Source of the DNA: Octopus vulgaris
Lineage: Eukaryota
Length of the DNA: 64,000 nucleotides
Direction: 5' to 3'
Assembly: GCA_951406725.2 (NCBI GenBank)
Contig: OX597816.1
Span: 96,410,001 to 96,474,000, forward strand
Shown: positions 13,701 to 28,107 of the stretch, one piece after another
Numbering within the stretch: the stretch's first letter is position 1
Layout: every line of letters begins with the position of its first letter
Notes under the pieces: generated by a model
The model's database searches: none
The model's input: only the letters and a program-made list of their open reading frames with translations
Told to the model about the DNA's origin: nothing
Translations under genes and position numbers: made by a program

Positions 13701-14959
13701 TACTCGATTGGAAATAAGTACAGACCGACTTGTAGTATAGCCCTCTCGAGCTCCAGCTGTCACACACTCGATGGAAAGGCTAAATGTGTGTGTGTATATT
13801 TGTGTATGTGCTGTGTGCGTGTGTATACGTGTGTTCAATTATGCATATACATATATTTTTCTATTTTTATTTTCATCTGTCTCTTTTTCTGACACTTTGA
13901 ATTAATGATCCAATTGCACCATTCTATTAAATTACATTGAAACTGATATACTTTTCATGCAGATAAACACAGCTTTATCAAATTACTTGAGTATTTCTCT
14001 GTTTGTGATGATCAGCACATCAGGTTTCATTATATCTTATGCTGGATCGAGCAAAAGAACAGTTGAACTACCTTTTTAGTTGTTGGTGCTGATGTTTAGG
14101 CTTCATTGAGCAATAGTGTTCTAATCACGACCATTCCATTCCTCTTGGTTTTCGTATATTTAGATTCTATGTTCTAAGATAATGTTATGCAATATGTCCT
14201 TTTTATGTTTTTAAGACATCAAGTTGAAGTTTGAGGGATATTCGCTTACTATATCTAGGAGATTGAACGCGCACGTTGAAATTATCTCTTTGTCTCATCG
14301 AAGAATTAGTTCTCGTGTTATTGGTACCAATCTCGAATGATTCAACGCGTGATAATCATTTCATTTTGCAATGCCCTCTATTTATTATACGGCAAACGAA
14401 TGTGACTTGAAAAAGATCAAGGAGAATGCTTTCATAGATGGAAGACCAACAGAAAGATTGCTTTTATTTTACCAATGAACCAAGGATTTACAGACATGAA
14501 CATCTTTTCTTCTTCGTACTGAATATCTTTTTTTCCTCTATAAGACAACAGGACAAGATTTAAGGGAATTTTGTCTGTTATTTCTAGCAATCGAATGACA
14601 AAGTACATCCTACCTCGTTGTTTCATGACTTAAATGCTGCTAGTCTTCACAGTGTGACTGCACATGTGCTGAGATCAACATTCACTCTCCATAAGCAGTG
14701 AATCACCACCAAATGATTAACTTACCCGTAAGTTAACTTATCTATACGTACCACGAAGGAGCATAAATAAATATGGAGACGTCACCTAATTAACTCCAAT
14801 CCATTGCGAACTTCCAAAAGGTGATGGGTAGCTCTAGTTTAATCAACTTCATCTTAGAAATACATATTTTTTGTGCACAGAACACTTGTCTATGGTGGTT
14901 AACTTCTCTACGACAATTCTTTTTTTACTCATAACCGACAAAATGAGGCAATGGAGACT

Positions 14960-15300
14960 ACAGTGCTCTTTCGATCCCTACGTTTCCGATAGTGCATGGG
15001 CGACAAGAGTGCACCAAGTACTGTCGAAGGCTCTATTAAGTGTTTTCTTCCAAACCCAAACCGTATGCGACAAGTTCTTTCCCATAGTCCTACATCTACT
15101 CATGACAATTTGCCCCACCCCGTCAAGTCCTCCCCTGGTTTCCATTCTAGCGTGGATCTCACTGGACTCTTCATTAGCATGTGTTGCACATGGCCTATCA
15201 TCTTTCACTCACAATCATGGGATCCCGTTGGTTACTCGTTCCAGCTCTTTCCAATACTTCTTGGAAGTAACATATTTAAGAAATGTTTTTAGCTGCGAAT
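14960..15300 (-). mobile_element. Degraded RTE-clade LINE 3' fragment
   Basis: Minus-strand MIGHVQH..PVRSTLEWKP..GRT resembles the RTE C-terminal WIGHVLR...LEWxPxGxRxRGRP motif. Confidence 0.5.
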
Positions 15301-17030
15301 AGATACTATTCTTCATGCTTCTTCCTTCTATTCGAGAAGTAAATATTTTTCACAATTCTTTACTCCTGTTTTTACAATTTCTCATTTATCTTCTGTTTTC
15401 GATTTATGAACCTTTCACAACAATTATTCACATTGCTTAAAAAAAATATGATGTGTGTAATTGTATCATGATCATTACTCATTTTATTTCAAACTCAATG
15501 AAATATCGGAAATTTTTCATTATAACAAACCATAAGTGTCACAGAAATTTTAAGAACATCTTGAACTGTTCTTCCAATTACTTATGCAGAAGTTGAATAT
15601 ATAACATATTACAGCGTATTATCAATAACGGATCACGTCATTTCGGATATAATTATATCCTACGATACATCCTGAGCACTGTAATTTTTATCATCTAAAC
15701 ACGTGTAACACACATATTACATATATGTGTTTGCAAGTTGTGTATGTATGTCTGTATGTGTCCGTGTGCGTTTGTGTGTGCATGCGTGTGTAAATGCGCA
15801 TAAATATTATGAAGTGTAATCTTAACTCCGCTGGTGCTTAGATTTCTGCTTAAATAATACATAGATTCTTTAAACATGCTTTATACTACGGAAGAAAACA
15901 TCTATCATTATTCATTCTCTTGTCGGTTACTTTTTTTATCATCATTTATACACAAACTCTAATCACTTATCTTACGAATATCAAGTAATAATAAAATGAA
16001 AATATTTGGATGCAAACATAAAGATGGACTTATTAGGGAATGAAAGAAAAAGAAAACGCATTGAACCTCTAAAATTAGACGTCCTATATATTAATAAAAA
16101 CAAACCGAAAGATCTTTTAGGAGATATAGTTTGTTCTATTGAAACTGATACAACTAAGAAGAATGGATCTTCTGTGAGCTATTTAAATGATGCTATATGA
16201 CCTGATCCCACATTTGTTTGTATCAATTAAGCATTTCGAATGATTAGGTTTCCTGATATATCTGTTCAGTTCAAACACCAGCAGAATATCAACATTAATA
16301 TTTATTTAAAAATAAAAATATATAGATATAAGAAATGCGGATATAATCTCATATGATTTTTGTTCGTATTAATTCATTTACAAAGACATTATCATCTCTG
16401 AAAAACATTTTCTGTTGTAAAGAATCTAAAGTTTTTTTTTCTAATTCACTGACGCTAACTTTCTTCCTACTATTGTCTCAGTCACTCTTTTCCCATTTCC
16501 CCTTCTTTTCTCCCTCATTCCATCTCTCTTTGTTTCTCCTTACAATATTTTTTATCCATTGATTGATTATATCTCGGTTCTTATTCACGCCGAACATTTT
16601 TTTCGCATTCTAATGTAACAGATTTGCCTGTATTTTACTAGATTTTTTGTTGGTGGTTCTTGGTGTATTTTTTTCTGAGGTTTAGGAGAAATCTTTACGT
16701 GTATCTCCTATTTCTTCTGTCATTGATGTGAATGAAAACTAAAGACACTTAAAAATACAATCAACTCCTATCCTACGCCAAACTGAATCTCTTTAACCAA
16801 CGAAAATGAAGTGCGAAGGAAATTCTTTAAAAAGAAACACTAGCTCACGATGAATTGATTGTTTTGTAGTTAACCAATCAATAAATATTGCTTGTTAATA
16901 AAATATCTCAGACAAATTTGTATGCATTTCCGTGCTTGCGTGTTTGTGGGAATTGTTTTATGAGCGTGTTCATATATGCATTTATCACTGTTTCTTCTAT
17001 GTTTCTGAATCGACAGACGTGTGTATATAT

Positions 17031-17073
<43 letters not shown>

Positions 17074-17467
17074 TGTGTGTGTGTGTGCATACGCGTCTCG
17101 CTGCATTGTGACAAGGGATAATACACCTTTAGTGTTTCATTATTTTGTTGAAAACAACAACAACAATAACAAAAATATGAAGAATAACAATGGTTAACCA
17201 GAAGAAGAAAAAATAGACACGTTTAGATTGAAGTTATAATGACGTATGGCCTCCATCTCCTTGCTACTGCTACCACCATACAATTCTTTCATAATTTTTT
17301 TGACAAATACCGAAATAAGACAAATTTATTTTGGTATTTGTTACTGAGGTGATAAAGTAATAACCTATTTGTTTGTTTGTAACCAAAACACTGTTTCATC
17401 ATTATTATTCGTACTTATTATTCTTGTGAACTGTTAACACTACTACAACCACTGCTACTGCTGATAT

Positions 17468-17520
<53 letters not shown>

Positions 17521-17589
17521 GTACTACTACTAACAACGACAACAACAACAACAACAACAACAATAATAATAATAATAATAATAAATAGT

Positions 17590-17935
17590 CAGAGTCGGCC
17601 AGTATTTACACTGGACAATATGTCGGCATTATAAAATCAAAACCGCTGACAAATGGTATAAACACCATCCTGAAGCTGTGACTGAGGGAGAAAATGTGTC
17701 GATTCTGTGGGACTTCCCCGTACATACCGACAAAACTAAAAAAGCTAATAAACCGGATATTATTATAAAAGATCAGACAAAAAGGTGTGTTTATTAATTG
17801 ACATGAATATTCCTTGCGATCACAATATAGCGGCGAAAGAATTTGACAAGATCAGTAAATATAAAGACTTGCTAATAGAAATTGAAAAATGTGGTATCTC
17901 AAGGCGACTACAGTACCAGTGATTGTAGGATCTCT
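17590..17935 (+). mobile_element. R4/Dong-like non-LTR retrotransposon fragment (RLE domain)
   Basis: WYKHHPEAVTEGENVSILWDFPVHTDKTKKANKPDIIIKD...LIDMNIPCDHNIAAKEFDKISKYKDLLIEIEK...TVPVIVGSL forms a PD..D restriction-like endonuclease domain. Confidence 0.85.
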
Positions 17936-17940
17936 AATTC

Positions 17941-18830
17941 AGCTGGTAGCCGGATCTGTCCTACACGCGACAGCGGGTGTTCGAGATAAACCCACAGGTA
18001 AGCAATATTCGGGCACGTGAAGAACGGTTTCATCGTTCTGAGCGCACATCGAGCAGGCCCGGCGGACGTAACTTTATCTCGAACAGGCAGCGCCCCTCGG
18101 TAGCACTGCCAGGCAAGGGATTTCTGCAAGTTATCCATAGGCCCAGGCCCGAAAGTTCTCCAAAAACAGACCGGTTAGTTGATCTTCACCGATGCCCAGA
18201 GTTTCCCCGAGAACGTCGTCGCACTTTCCCTCCACTAACCCTCTATAGAATGCTACAGTGGAACTACCACCGAATGCATTGCCCGCCTGGCGGAGGCCTG
18301 TGAGCGCTTGACGGCACTCGAGGTGCCAAACTTCCTTTCTCGGTCTACGCCAAATCCAGGATTGCAGCTCAGTGAAAGAGACGAAATGTGGAAAAGTGTG
18401 TCTGACAAACGGTGACTACACCTGCTCACCGTCAAGGAAAAGCTGGAGATGTCGCAACCTCAGCGCATGTCTGTCACAATCGAGCAGATGCCGCTGTACA
18501 AAGCAGCAATCCAATCGTGGAAAACTGAACCGAAACCAACTGGCTTTAGATTGATCTAAATTGATCAGAACCCCACCCATGCCAGCTTCGTTATCCACCC
18601 TCTCTATGATGTAGTGCATAAGATGGAGATTGCCGCGAATATTTCTGGTTGGGATGGCGCATGTTTGCGCCAACCTTTTGGATAACACCTTGGCCAAAAT
18701 CTTCAACTCTGCATTGAGCAGAGTGATGGACTTGAAATTTTTTATAACGTCTCCCTTGTTTGGGTCCTTTCTCAGAAGTGCCACCGCCCCTCGACAGACA
18801 AAAGTCAGAATTCACCCATTCTGCTGCCAA
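17941..18830 (-). mobile_element. L1/Tx1-like LINE fragment with internal deletions
   Basis: ALLRKDPNKGDVIKNFKSITLLNAELKILAKVLSKRL..QTCAIPTRNIRGNLHLM..LINLDQSKA (RT N-terminal motifs) and MDNLQKSLAWQCYRGALPVRDK (zf-RVT region). Same family as 56400-57230 and 49800-51170. Confidence 0.85.
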
Positions 18831-19066
18831 TTGTAGTAGACGTCTGCTAAGAGGCCCGAAAACATGACTTAAACCCGCAGGGGAAAAGGAAGCGGGGAAG
18901 CCCGAAGAAGACATGGAAGCAGAGCATTTTGGACGAGCTCAGGACTACCGGCCTGTCATGGGAAGCAACTAAGAAACACGCCAATGACCGCAAAAAGTGG
19001 AAAACAACTGTTGAGGCATTATGGTCCACAACGAGAAAAAATTGATTATGAAGAAGATGAAGAAGA
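18830..19066 (+). mobile_element. RTE-clade LINE 3' end
   Basis: LNPQGKRKRGSPKKTWKQSILDELRTTGLSWEATKKHANDRKKWKTTVEALWST followed by a (GAA)-like tail. Confidence 0.75.
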
Positions 19067-19095
19067 ATGTATATATGTATGTATGTATGTATGTA

Positions 19096-19131
<36 letters not shown>

Positions 19132-19585
19132 TGTGCGTGTGTGTCTGTGTGTGTATGGATATAAATATGATCAAGGACATAATAACAATTATTTATCCTT
19201 TTGAAGATGGTGCAAAACATTTTCAGAACATATAGATATGATTTATATGGTTTATAAATATTTCTTTGTCAAATTAGCAGAAACATATCCATTATGAATA
19301 TGCTCTATTTTCGGAACAGTTTTGGAATAAACATTAGAAATAATTGAATATATTAACACAATATTAATGTTTTATTATCATCATATTCATACGACCCATG
19401 ACCACTCTAAGTGCTTACAATATTATACATGTGTGTGTGGGCGGGGCGCACGTGTATTGATATGCATAAATTGGTAATTATATATACATATATATGTATG
19501 TGTGTGTATGTATGTATGTATGTATGTTTATACATACATATATATTTTTGTTATATATCTTGGGTATCTGGTATATTATATATGG

Positions 19586-19618
<33 letters not shown>

Positions 19619-19827
19619 TTCATTTACATTTATATTTGCGTGTGTGTGTGTGTGTGTTTGCATATAGATACATACATACGTATCCATAAACTGACATACA
19701 TACGCATAGAGGTACATTTATGTATATTTATATATACAAACGCCTATATGTTAATTTTGTGTGCTTATAATAACGAACATTAACTTAATACATGTCTATC
19801 CCGTAGTATGTATGATAATTTTAATTA

Positions 19828-19910
19828 AGCTGTGTTGCGAGTGCCGCTACACGTTGCTTATTTCATCTGTGATATGAAGGCAAGCAACATATCTGCTGTG
19901 CTCCACGGCT
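19828..19910 (-). ncRNA. Possible pre-miRNA-like hairpin
   Basis: Minus strand atatgttgcttgccttcat-[atcacag]-atgaaataagcaacgtgt pairs well only on this strand, through G.U pairs, and has an imperfect basal stem. Confidence 0.2.
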
Positions 19911-19995
19911 AGTTCTGAAACAAAATCTATACTGCACAAGTAAGTTGACTATATTCAGTCATGGCTCAGAAAAGTGACTTTATGGATATACCGAC

Positions 19996-20069
<74 letters not shown>

Positions 20070-21954
20070 ATTTTATATATGTATGTATGTATATAATAGG
20101 ATAAACTGCTTTGTTGTGGATGATCTGACATTTAAGATTCGCCGTGAAGGTTTTATCCAGTAAGTGGTAATATTGAAAAGTGTCAAAATCATTGCAATCT
20201 CCTTTCGGCTTCTCAGAGAAGTTCTCCGCAACTCAAACTATATTTGTAATAGATGTATATGTATACATACATACATACATACATACATAGTTTATGAAAA
20301 AAAAAACGGAAAAAAGACACCAAGAAAAATCAACATCGTGAGGACATACACATGTAAAGTATTAATAAGACGCTCAAAGAAAGAAAAGCGTGGTTGTTTT
20401 ACGTTTCAAGCTTAGCTCTCCTTCGGAAACAGGGAACATGGGAAAGTCCAAAGGAAAAGGAAGAAGTGTGGGCGGGGAAATAGCCGACAGTCCAACACAT
20501 GCACACACGTTTGTATGTATGCATGCATATATGTATGTATGTGAAGGCGCATGACCCAGTGGTTAGAGCGTCGGGCTCACAATCATGAAAGAGTGAGTTC
20601 AATTTCACCGGGCTGTGTATTGTGTTGTGTACTTGAGCAAGACACCTTATTTCACGTTACCCCTGTTCACTCAGCTGTAGAAATGTGCTGTGACATCACT
20701 ATTGCCATGTTGTATCGGCCTTTGCCTTACTCTGAGATAACATCAGTGGCATGGAGAGGGGAGACTCGTATGCATGGGCGACTGCTGGTCTTCCATACTA
20801 TTTAATCACAACTTAACAACTGAATTGAACATTTTACAACTTTCTTATTATTTTCCCCTTTAACATTACGATTTACGCATTATAACTATATCATTTTCCG
20901 TTTCCTTTTTACTGGTGCGTTTAGAAAAAATTAAGATATTTCCCTTAGGAAGTTACTTTGTAATTAATATTTTTTTCTGATACGAACAAAATGCAACCTC
21001 TGAAAAAGAAAATATTAAAGTAATTCCATTTTCCAACTGAAATCAAATCAATCATTTCACCTACAACGCACAAATCATTCGTAAATACATGTCCGCGAAA
21101 CCTCTAATATCTACTCCTCTAAAATAAATAACATTCATGCATAATCGGTTAAAAAGTCGATTGATATGCTTGATTTCCGCTGAGTTTTCCATTATCCCGC
21201 AAAACAATTTGACTGATTTAAACCTAGCACATGATTATTTTTCTCTATTATCTTACAACTATAAGATCATCATTCCATTCGATAGTCGTTTTCCAGTATT
21301 TCTAACTTTTAAAGATAGTATAGGTTTCTGGTAAAGTACAGTGAGATATTTTTTGTTAAATAGTTTCTTAATTTTAATAGATCATTGAACAATCACCCAC
21401 CCTGTACAATAAATAAACTTAGTTGTTTGATATTTCAGAATTCTGAGTATACACATGTGAATGATCGAATACCTTAACTCAAATCCAAGTTTTACCTTGG
21501 ACTTAAAAGTCTTCATGTCTTTCCAGGTTAAAGAATCACGTTAAAATAGTACATTCACTTCATTGGAAATATTTATCCAAAGAAAAATAATCGTTCTCTC
21601 AAAAATAAAAGAATATCTGTGATTAGATTGCAGAGTAGAAAGCGCGGAAAATTAACTAAGGGCATTTGGTTTGTTTTTATACTTCCTATATACAAATCTT
21701 GCAAATGATAAACCTTTTCTATCTATAATCATGAGGTCAGTAAAATATATGAACGGGTGGCAATTTTAAAGTGAATTCTATCGATAGCATTATAAACGTT
21801 GAACGTGGAACTAGTCGGCAAAATAATCCTGAGCATTGTAACTATGAAAGACAAAAATGAATAATTAAAACACACTTTCGATGATAATCATCATATATAA
21901 CAAAAGTAATCTAGGAAACAACGAAGAATATAGATAATTATATTTTACCACTAA

Positions 21955-22186
21955 AAGGAGACGAGCTGGCAGAAACGTTAGCACGCCGGGCGAAATGCGT
22001 AGCCGTATTTCGTCTGTCGTTACGTTCCGAGATCAAATTCCGCCGAGGTCGACTTTGCCTTTCATCCTTTCGGGGTCGATAAATTAAGTACCAGTTGCGT
22101 ACTGGGGTCGATGTAATCGACTTAATCCCTTTGTCTGTCCTTGTTTGTCCCCTCTGTGTTTAGCCCCTTGTGGGTAGTTAAGAAAT
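21955..22186 (+). mobile_element. tRNA-derived SINE family A (Meta-core-like), young monomer with TSD
   Basis: Head gagctggcagaaacgttagcacgccgggcgaaatg, B-box-like gatcaaattc, core gtcgactttgcctttcatcctttcggggtcgataaattaagtacc. TSD tatattttac(c/a)a(c/t)ta at 21939-21953 and 22188-22202. Confidence 0.9.
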
Positions 22187-22599
22187 CTATATTTTACAAT
22201 TAAGCTTTCATGTAATGTGAATGATCTTTACAATAGAAAATGAAAACCGCTTCCTTCAATACCAGATTGTTCTTAGAAGAAAATATTTTATTTAATTGTA
22301 TTATTCATCGAATGAAGCTATCAAAACATTCCAAGAAGTGAATTAAACTAGGTTCGATTCTTTCGAGTAGAAAAACTGTAGAGTAGATTCAATCCATGTC
22401 TAACTACGTATAGCGTTTGAAAAGAATTAATAGATAATATAAATATAAGTTCCAGATTAACAGTTAACGAGTTCAGCATTCGTATATAATCTTTGGTTTA
22501 GAGATTAGGTTCAAATTATACTGTCAGAAATTGTGACAAGGAAATTAATAGGTAAGACAAATTGAGTTAATCTCTTGTAAATTACTGCTTGTTATATTC

Positions 22600-22667
<68 letters not shown>

Positions 22668-23900
22668 TGTTTTATTTCTGTTTTTTCGTTTTTTTGGGGT
22701 GGTGGGATGAGTTGCCGAGTGGCTTGCCGACACATAAGGCATAGAATCTCATGGTAGACATAGATGGGCCAATTAAATAAACACTGCAGAATGTTCATTT
22801 ACAAAATCCAACAAAGTTATACAGATAAAATAATTCTTTACTTGGGAGGTTATTGTTATCACATTGCCAGCGCTCTTCTCATTACATGTGACATAGTAGG
22901 TAAAGCAATCTTTTGCACTTCTTCCAGGGATGGTAAGCCGCACATTCGGCTAAGATCCAATACATTCTTTTACCTGCTCAGTCATGCATGCACTGAAACC
23001 TTTTTGTATTACGTTATTGTACTCACACAAGAGATAACTAATACTTCTAACTCCTTTCCGGTAGATTCTACCTACATTAGACTGAGTTTTCTCGATCCTT
23101 GCCTTTATCACATTCGCCCTAATAGCTTGTACTTGAGCGGCTGTAATTAGCACTTTGGTCTCTTGTTTTAGGCTTCCGTCAGTCAATAAGAGCCTGAATT
23201 CATTATCTCCAGCATTCTTGGTTTGTTGTATGAATTGACCATATTATTTCATTTCTTTGCATCCACCTACTCTCTTGTTCTTCCTTCTTTTCCTGAATTC
23301 TCCTACTGTTTCAGCAGCATTTCAGCCATTTTTAGGTTCCAATAGTATCCTTCCTTTACTCTGCACAACATAATCTCCAACCACAAATCCGCGCTACCAA
23401 CAGTGTCTTCTGCGTTTAGTAATCCTCTGTTACATTCCTTTCTTGGAGATAGAGTCTGTCGATACTACTTTTAGGGTAGCGCGCGTTGTCCAATCGGAGC
23501 AGCTTTCTAGTTCTTCTATCCAAGTGCTGTCGTTCGTCCTTTGTCCTTTTCAGAAAGGGTGTAGAGCATCTTCATACTTTCATAGCCCATATCTTTATGA
23601 CTTTAATGATATTCCCTCCGTTTAATTTTGTTTCAAGCACTTTTCTTATACTCCTCTTCTACTCTTTAGTGATTTTCTCTCTCATTTTTCCTTCCATTAC
23701 CCCATCGTCTTGCAGCATCCATAGGTATTTGTATCGCTTATTATTCCACAGTGATCACATGATGCTTTCTTGTGGTAATTTTATGTCATCAGAGTTTATC
23801 TTCATAAGTTACACAGCACGCTTATTTACCCCAAACTGCACACCAGTATTCTTACTGAAATCTCTTTGCTATTTGAATCAGAGAATGTAGATCTTACATT
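22600..23900 (-). mobile_element. R4/Dong-like non-LTR retrotransposon, degraded 3' portion with (TAA)n tail
   Basis: GSLKQETKVLITAAQVQAIRANVIKARIEKTQ and YKYLWMLQDD motifs. (TTA)n at 22601-22665 is the tail on the minus strand. Confidence 0.75.
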
Positions 23901-24225
23901 CTATATATAGTTTGAGGTATTTCGTCCATCTTTGCGATATCCTTTTGTTCTGTTGGTGAAGAAAACACGTTGCCCAATCGACGCATCCCTCTCATATTCA
24001 AGATCTATCATATTAACTCCTTACCAACCACGAAGGAACCGATGTTAGTAAACAGAATTTGAAATCAGGTAACGAAATAGATACAGGCAGGTATATCATC
24101 CGAAGAATATTCGACAATCCACCGCCTGAGATTACAACTATATTACAACAGCTCCGCAAATTTACCACCATTCCATTGTTGCAAACTAATGTGTGTGTGT
24201 GTGTTATCTATTCATGTATATATAT

Positions 24226-24274
<49 letters not shown>

Positions 24275-24277
<3 letters not shown>

Positions 24278-25546
24278 GGGTTGGACAATATAACGGAAAC
24301 ACCTTAAAATTTCAAACAAATTTATTTTAACATGGGGTAAGACAGCCTTTGGCAGTAATTACACCTTGAATTCTACGAGGTATGGACTTGTTCAAAGTTT
24401 GAATTGTTTCCAAAGGAATTTTTGTCCATTCTTCAGTTAAAGCAGTCTCCAGGTCTTGTAGTGATGATGGTGGAGGATATCGACTCCTTACTTGTTTTTC
24501 TAAAATGCACCATAAATGTTCAATAATATTGAGATCCGGGGACTGAGGTGGCCAGATAAGATGTTAAACTTGACTAGAGTGTTCCTTGTACCATTCAGTA
24601 ACAAATTTAGCTGTGTGAATTGATGCATATTTCATCCTGAAAGATTGCGCTTCCCTCCGGAAACAGTTCAGCAATCATAGGATGAATTTGATCAGATAAA
24701 ATGCTTAAATAGTCTTGACTATTAATTCTGCCATGAAGGGAAACCATTGGGTCGGCGGATTTCCAAGATATAGTCACCCAGATCATCACAGACCCTTCTC
24801 TATGTATAACAGTTGGAAGAAGGCAGTCTGGGTCAAATGCTTCTTTTGACTGTCTCCACACGTATACTCGGCCGGTAGTCGGAAATAAGGTAAAGAATGA
24901 CCCGTTCGAGAAGATAACATTTTCCCACTGTTCTAGGGACCAGTTCTGTAGGTTTTCACTCCACTCTAAAAGCTTTGCAACGTTTGTTTTGAAAGTAGTG
25001 GTTTTCTGATTGCAGCCCTCCTGTGAAATCCGGCTTTGTGCAGGTCCCAGCCAACAGATTTTGCGGAAACTGGGTTCTCAAGGTGGACATTAAACTCTGC
25101 AGTAATTTTAGGTGCTGTACTTTTGTGATCCTTTCTAACTATTCGCGTAAGAGTTCGGCAGTCCCTATCTGAAAGTTATGGTTTTCTTTAAGAGTTTTGT
25201 TTCGCCGAGGAGGTTTTTCCCTCTTTTTCAAAGGCCGTCATTACTTTCGAGACAGTACTTCTTGATACACCAAACACTTCGGCTGTTTTCGCTACGCTGG
25301 CGCCTGCCATAACAGCACCAACAATTTGACCTGTTTGAAAGTCCGATGGATCTGTCATTTTAATGAATTTTAATTACCGTTTTCTGTTGATATTTGAGAA
25401 AAAAACCCAGCAATTTTAGCAAAACATATTAAACAACACTAATAAGTCAAAAAACAAAAAATATACAAGCTTTTGACGGTTTTATAGATATTTCAAAATT
25501 ATGATGCTATGAAGCTTGGTGCTTCCAATATTTTGGCCAACCCCTT
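24275..25546 (-). mobile_element. Tc1-like DNA transposon, full length, transposase pseudogene 25358..24327
   Basis: TIRs caggggttggacaatataacggaaacacc / ggtgcttccaatattttggccaacccct, flanked by TA inside a (TA)n tract. ORF starts MTDPSDFQTGQIVGAVMAGASVAKTAEVFGVSRSTVSKVM, includes PDCLLPTVIHREGSVMIW, AIFQD and WPPQSPDLNIIEHLW, and ends AKGCLTPC*. Stops and frameshifts present. Confidence 0.93.
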
Positions 25547-25728
25547 TATATAGAGAGAGATATAGAGAGAGAGAGGGAAAGAGAGAGGGGCTGGGAGACT
25601 GAGAGGCAGAGAGAGATACATATATGTGTGTATACATATGCATATATATATATATATATATATGTATGTATATATATAGGTGCATATACATATATATGTA
25701 CATAGGTATATATATATATACATATATA

Positions 25729-25784
<56 letters not shown>

Positions 25785-26454
25785 TACTTTAGATAGATAG
25801 ATGCATGGAAACAAGATGAACTTACAAACTTACAATGAAGAATCTGACAACTCAGGAATTTCCACATCCCATTAAAATTGTTACATGCCTATATACAGAC
25901 GTACACACGTACAGAGAGGGAGAGAGAGAGAGAGAGAGAAAGGGAGAGAGAGAGGGAAAGAGAGAGAGAGTGGTAAGAAGATGTAGACAGACAGTGAGAC
26001 ATTGATAGAGAGATACACGGCCTTAATCATGTTCGCACATCGAGCAATTGCGTATCAATGCAAAGGACATTTTACTCTAAACGCATGCACGTGTGTACAG
26101 TGTACACTCACAGAACAAACAAACACACACACACATACGCACATACGCACACACGCACACACACATACACACACAGAAACTCGCTCACACTCACGCACAC
26201 ACCTACACATCACGTTGTATCATATCAAAACAACACAGCGCTTGAATGGTGAAACTAACTGAAATTATTTTCCACGCTTGAACTTCGATAACATTAACAA
26301 TTCCATCTTCTTTTATGATTATATTATATTCTTCTGTTTTTTGCTTTGTTTTTTTTTTTTCAAAACACCCAAAGCATTCTTTAGAACCAAAGAAATGGAA
26401 AGAAAATCATTATTATAACACTTTCTTGTATAAAAAGCTGTTCTGATTTGTGTG

Positions 26455-26616
<162 letters not shown>

Positions 26617-27255
26617 TACATATATCGTCAATTATCTTTTTATCTGGTGTTTAATCCTCGGATCGATATCGTTGATCGAACGTAAGATAATGTTTATTTC
26701 CTGTAAATTACCGAATCACTAATGTGTAAAGAGTTACAAAATTATATGAATGTCTTTTTCTCAACGGATCATTCTTAATTCTTTCTATGATGGAGTGCAC
26801 AAATTTTGCATTACGTGTAATAATAACTCTGCAAATATTTGTTCTACGTTTGTTTATCAAATGGATTTTGCAGAATATGGAATTTGGGGAGAAATCTCAC
26901 TCTGCATATACACAAAACTAATGTATTTGTAGGTACTTTAGAGGCAAATTTATTCCTGTGGTACTGCATGCATTAACGAAAACTTTACCTAGTATTACCA
27001 TCAGATAGAGTTCAATTTTTTATGCTCATACTTCTTGCAGTCATTGGACTCTGGCCAGGGCTTTTTTGATCAAACCGACACCGGTGCTTACAGTTTTGTT
27101 ATTTCTTCAAGGCTGGGATTTATTCTATTGTTGTCTAATGCTGTACTATTAAATTAGACAAACATACCACCATCGATTGTCAAGCGATGAGTTGCAAATG
27201 TAAAGAGACACAACGCCCATGTGTGTGGATCTCAGCAATTGCTTTGTGAGTATAT

Positions 27256-27303
<48 letters not shown>

Positions 27304-27466
27304 AGCACTATAAAAGCCACTTTCGGGCAACTTTTTCCGTCTAATGTGGGTAAATACCCAATCTTACTTTGCTGTTCTTACATTTTACTGCGTTGGAAAT
27401 TTACTTGCTTTTCTGCAAAATATCGATGCTTCTACAGTTTATACATACATACATACATACATACAT

Positions 27467-27601
<135 letters not shown>

Positions 27602-27718
27602 CATACATATTTATATATATATACATACATATATATATGTATACATACATATATATATATATACATACATATTTATATATATATACATACATATATATAT
27701 ATATATATATAAATATAT

Positions 27719-28017
27719 CACTGTGACCGACCAGACTAACAGATATTGCTACACATCGCTGGTCATGATGCGCTTCGCATTGTTTTAGCCTTCAAATGAC
27801 GCCACTCCGCTGTCTAAGCGAGCAGGCCAACAGAAGAAAGAGTGAGAGAAAGTTGTGGCAGAGTACAGTAGGTATCACCCCCCCCCCTCCACTGCCGGAG
27901 CATCGTGGAGCTTTAGGTATTTTCGCTCAATAAACACTCACAATGCCCGGTCTGGGAATCAAAACCGCGATCCTACGACCCCGAGTCCGTTGCCCTCACC
28001 ACTGGGCTATTGCGCCT

Positions 28018-28020
<3 letters not shown>
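27719..28020 (-). mobile_element. tRNA-derived SINE family D
   Basis: Minus-strand head tggaggcgcaatagcccagtggtgagggc...ggttttgattccc (A/B boxes), bounded by microsatellites. Confidence 0.7.

Positions 28021-28107
<87 letters not shown>

Noticed and set aside
16006-16200. 64-aa ORF with KRKR motif
   Set aside because: Short, AT-rich, with no recognisable domain or splice context.
27930-28020. tRNA-like sequence
   Set aside because: It is the head of a SINE and continues into a SINE body; no acceptor-stem closure.
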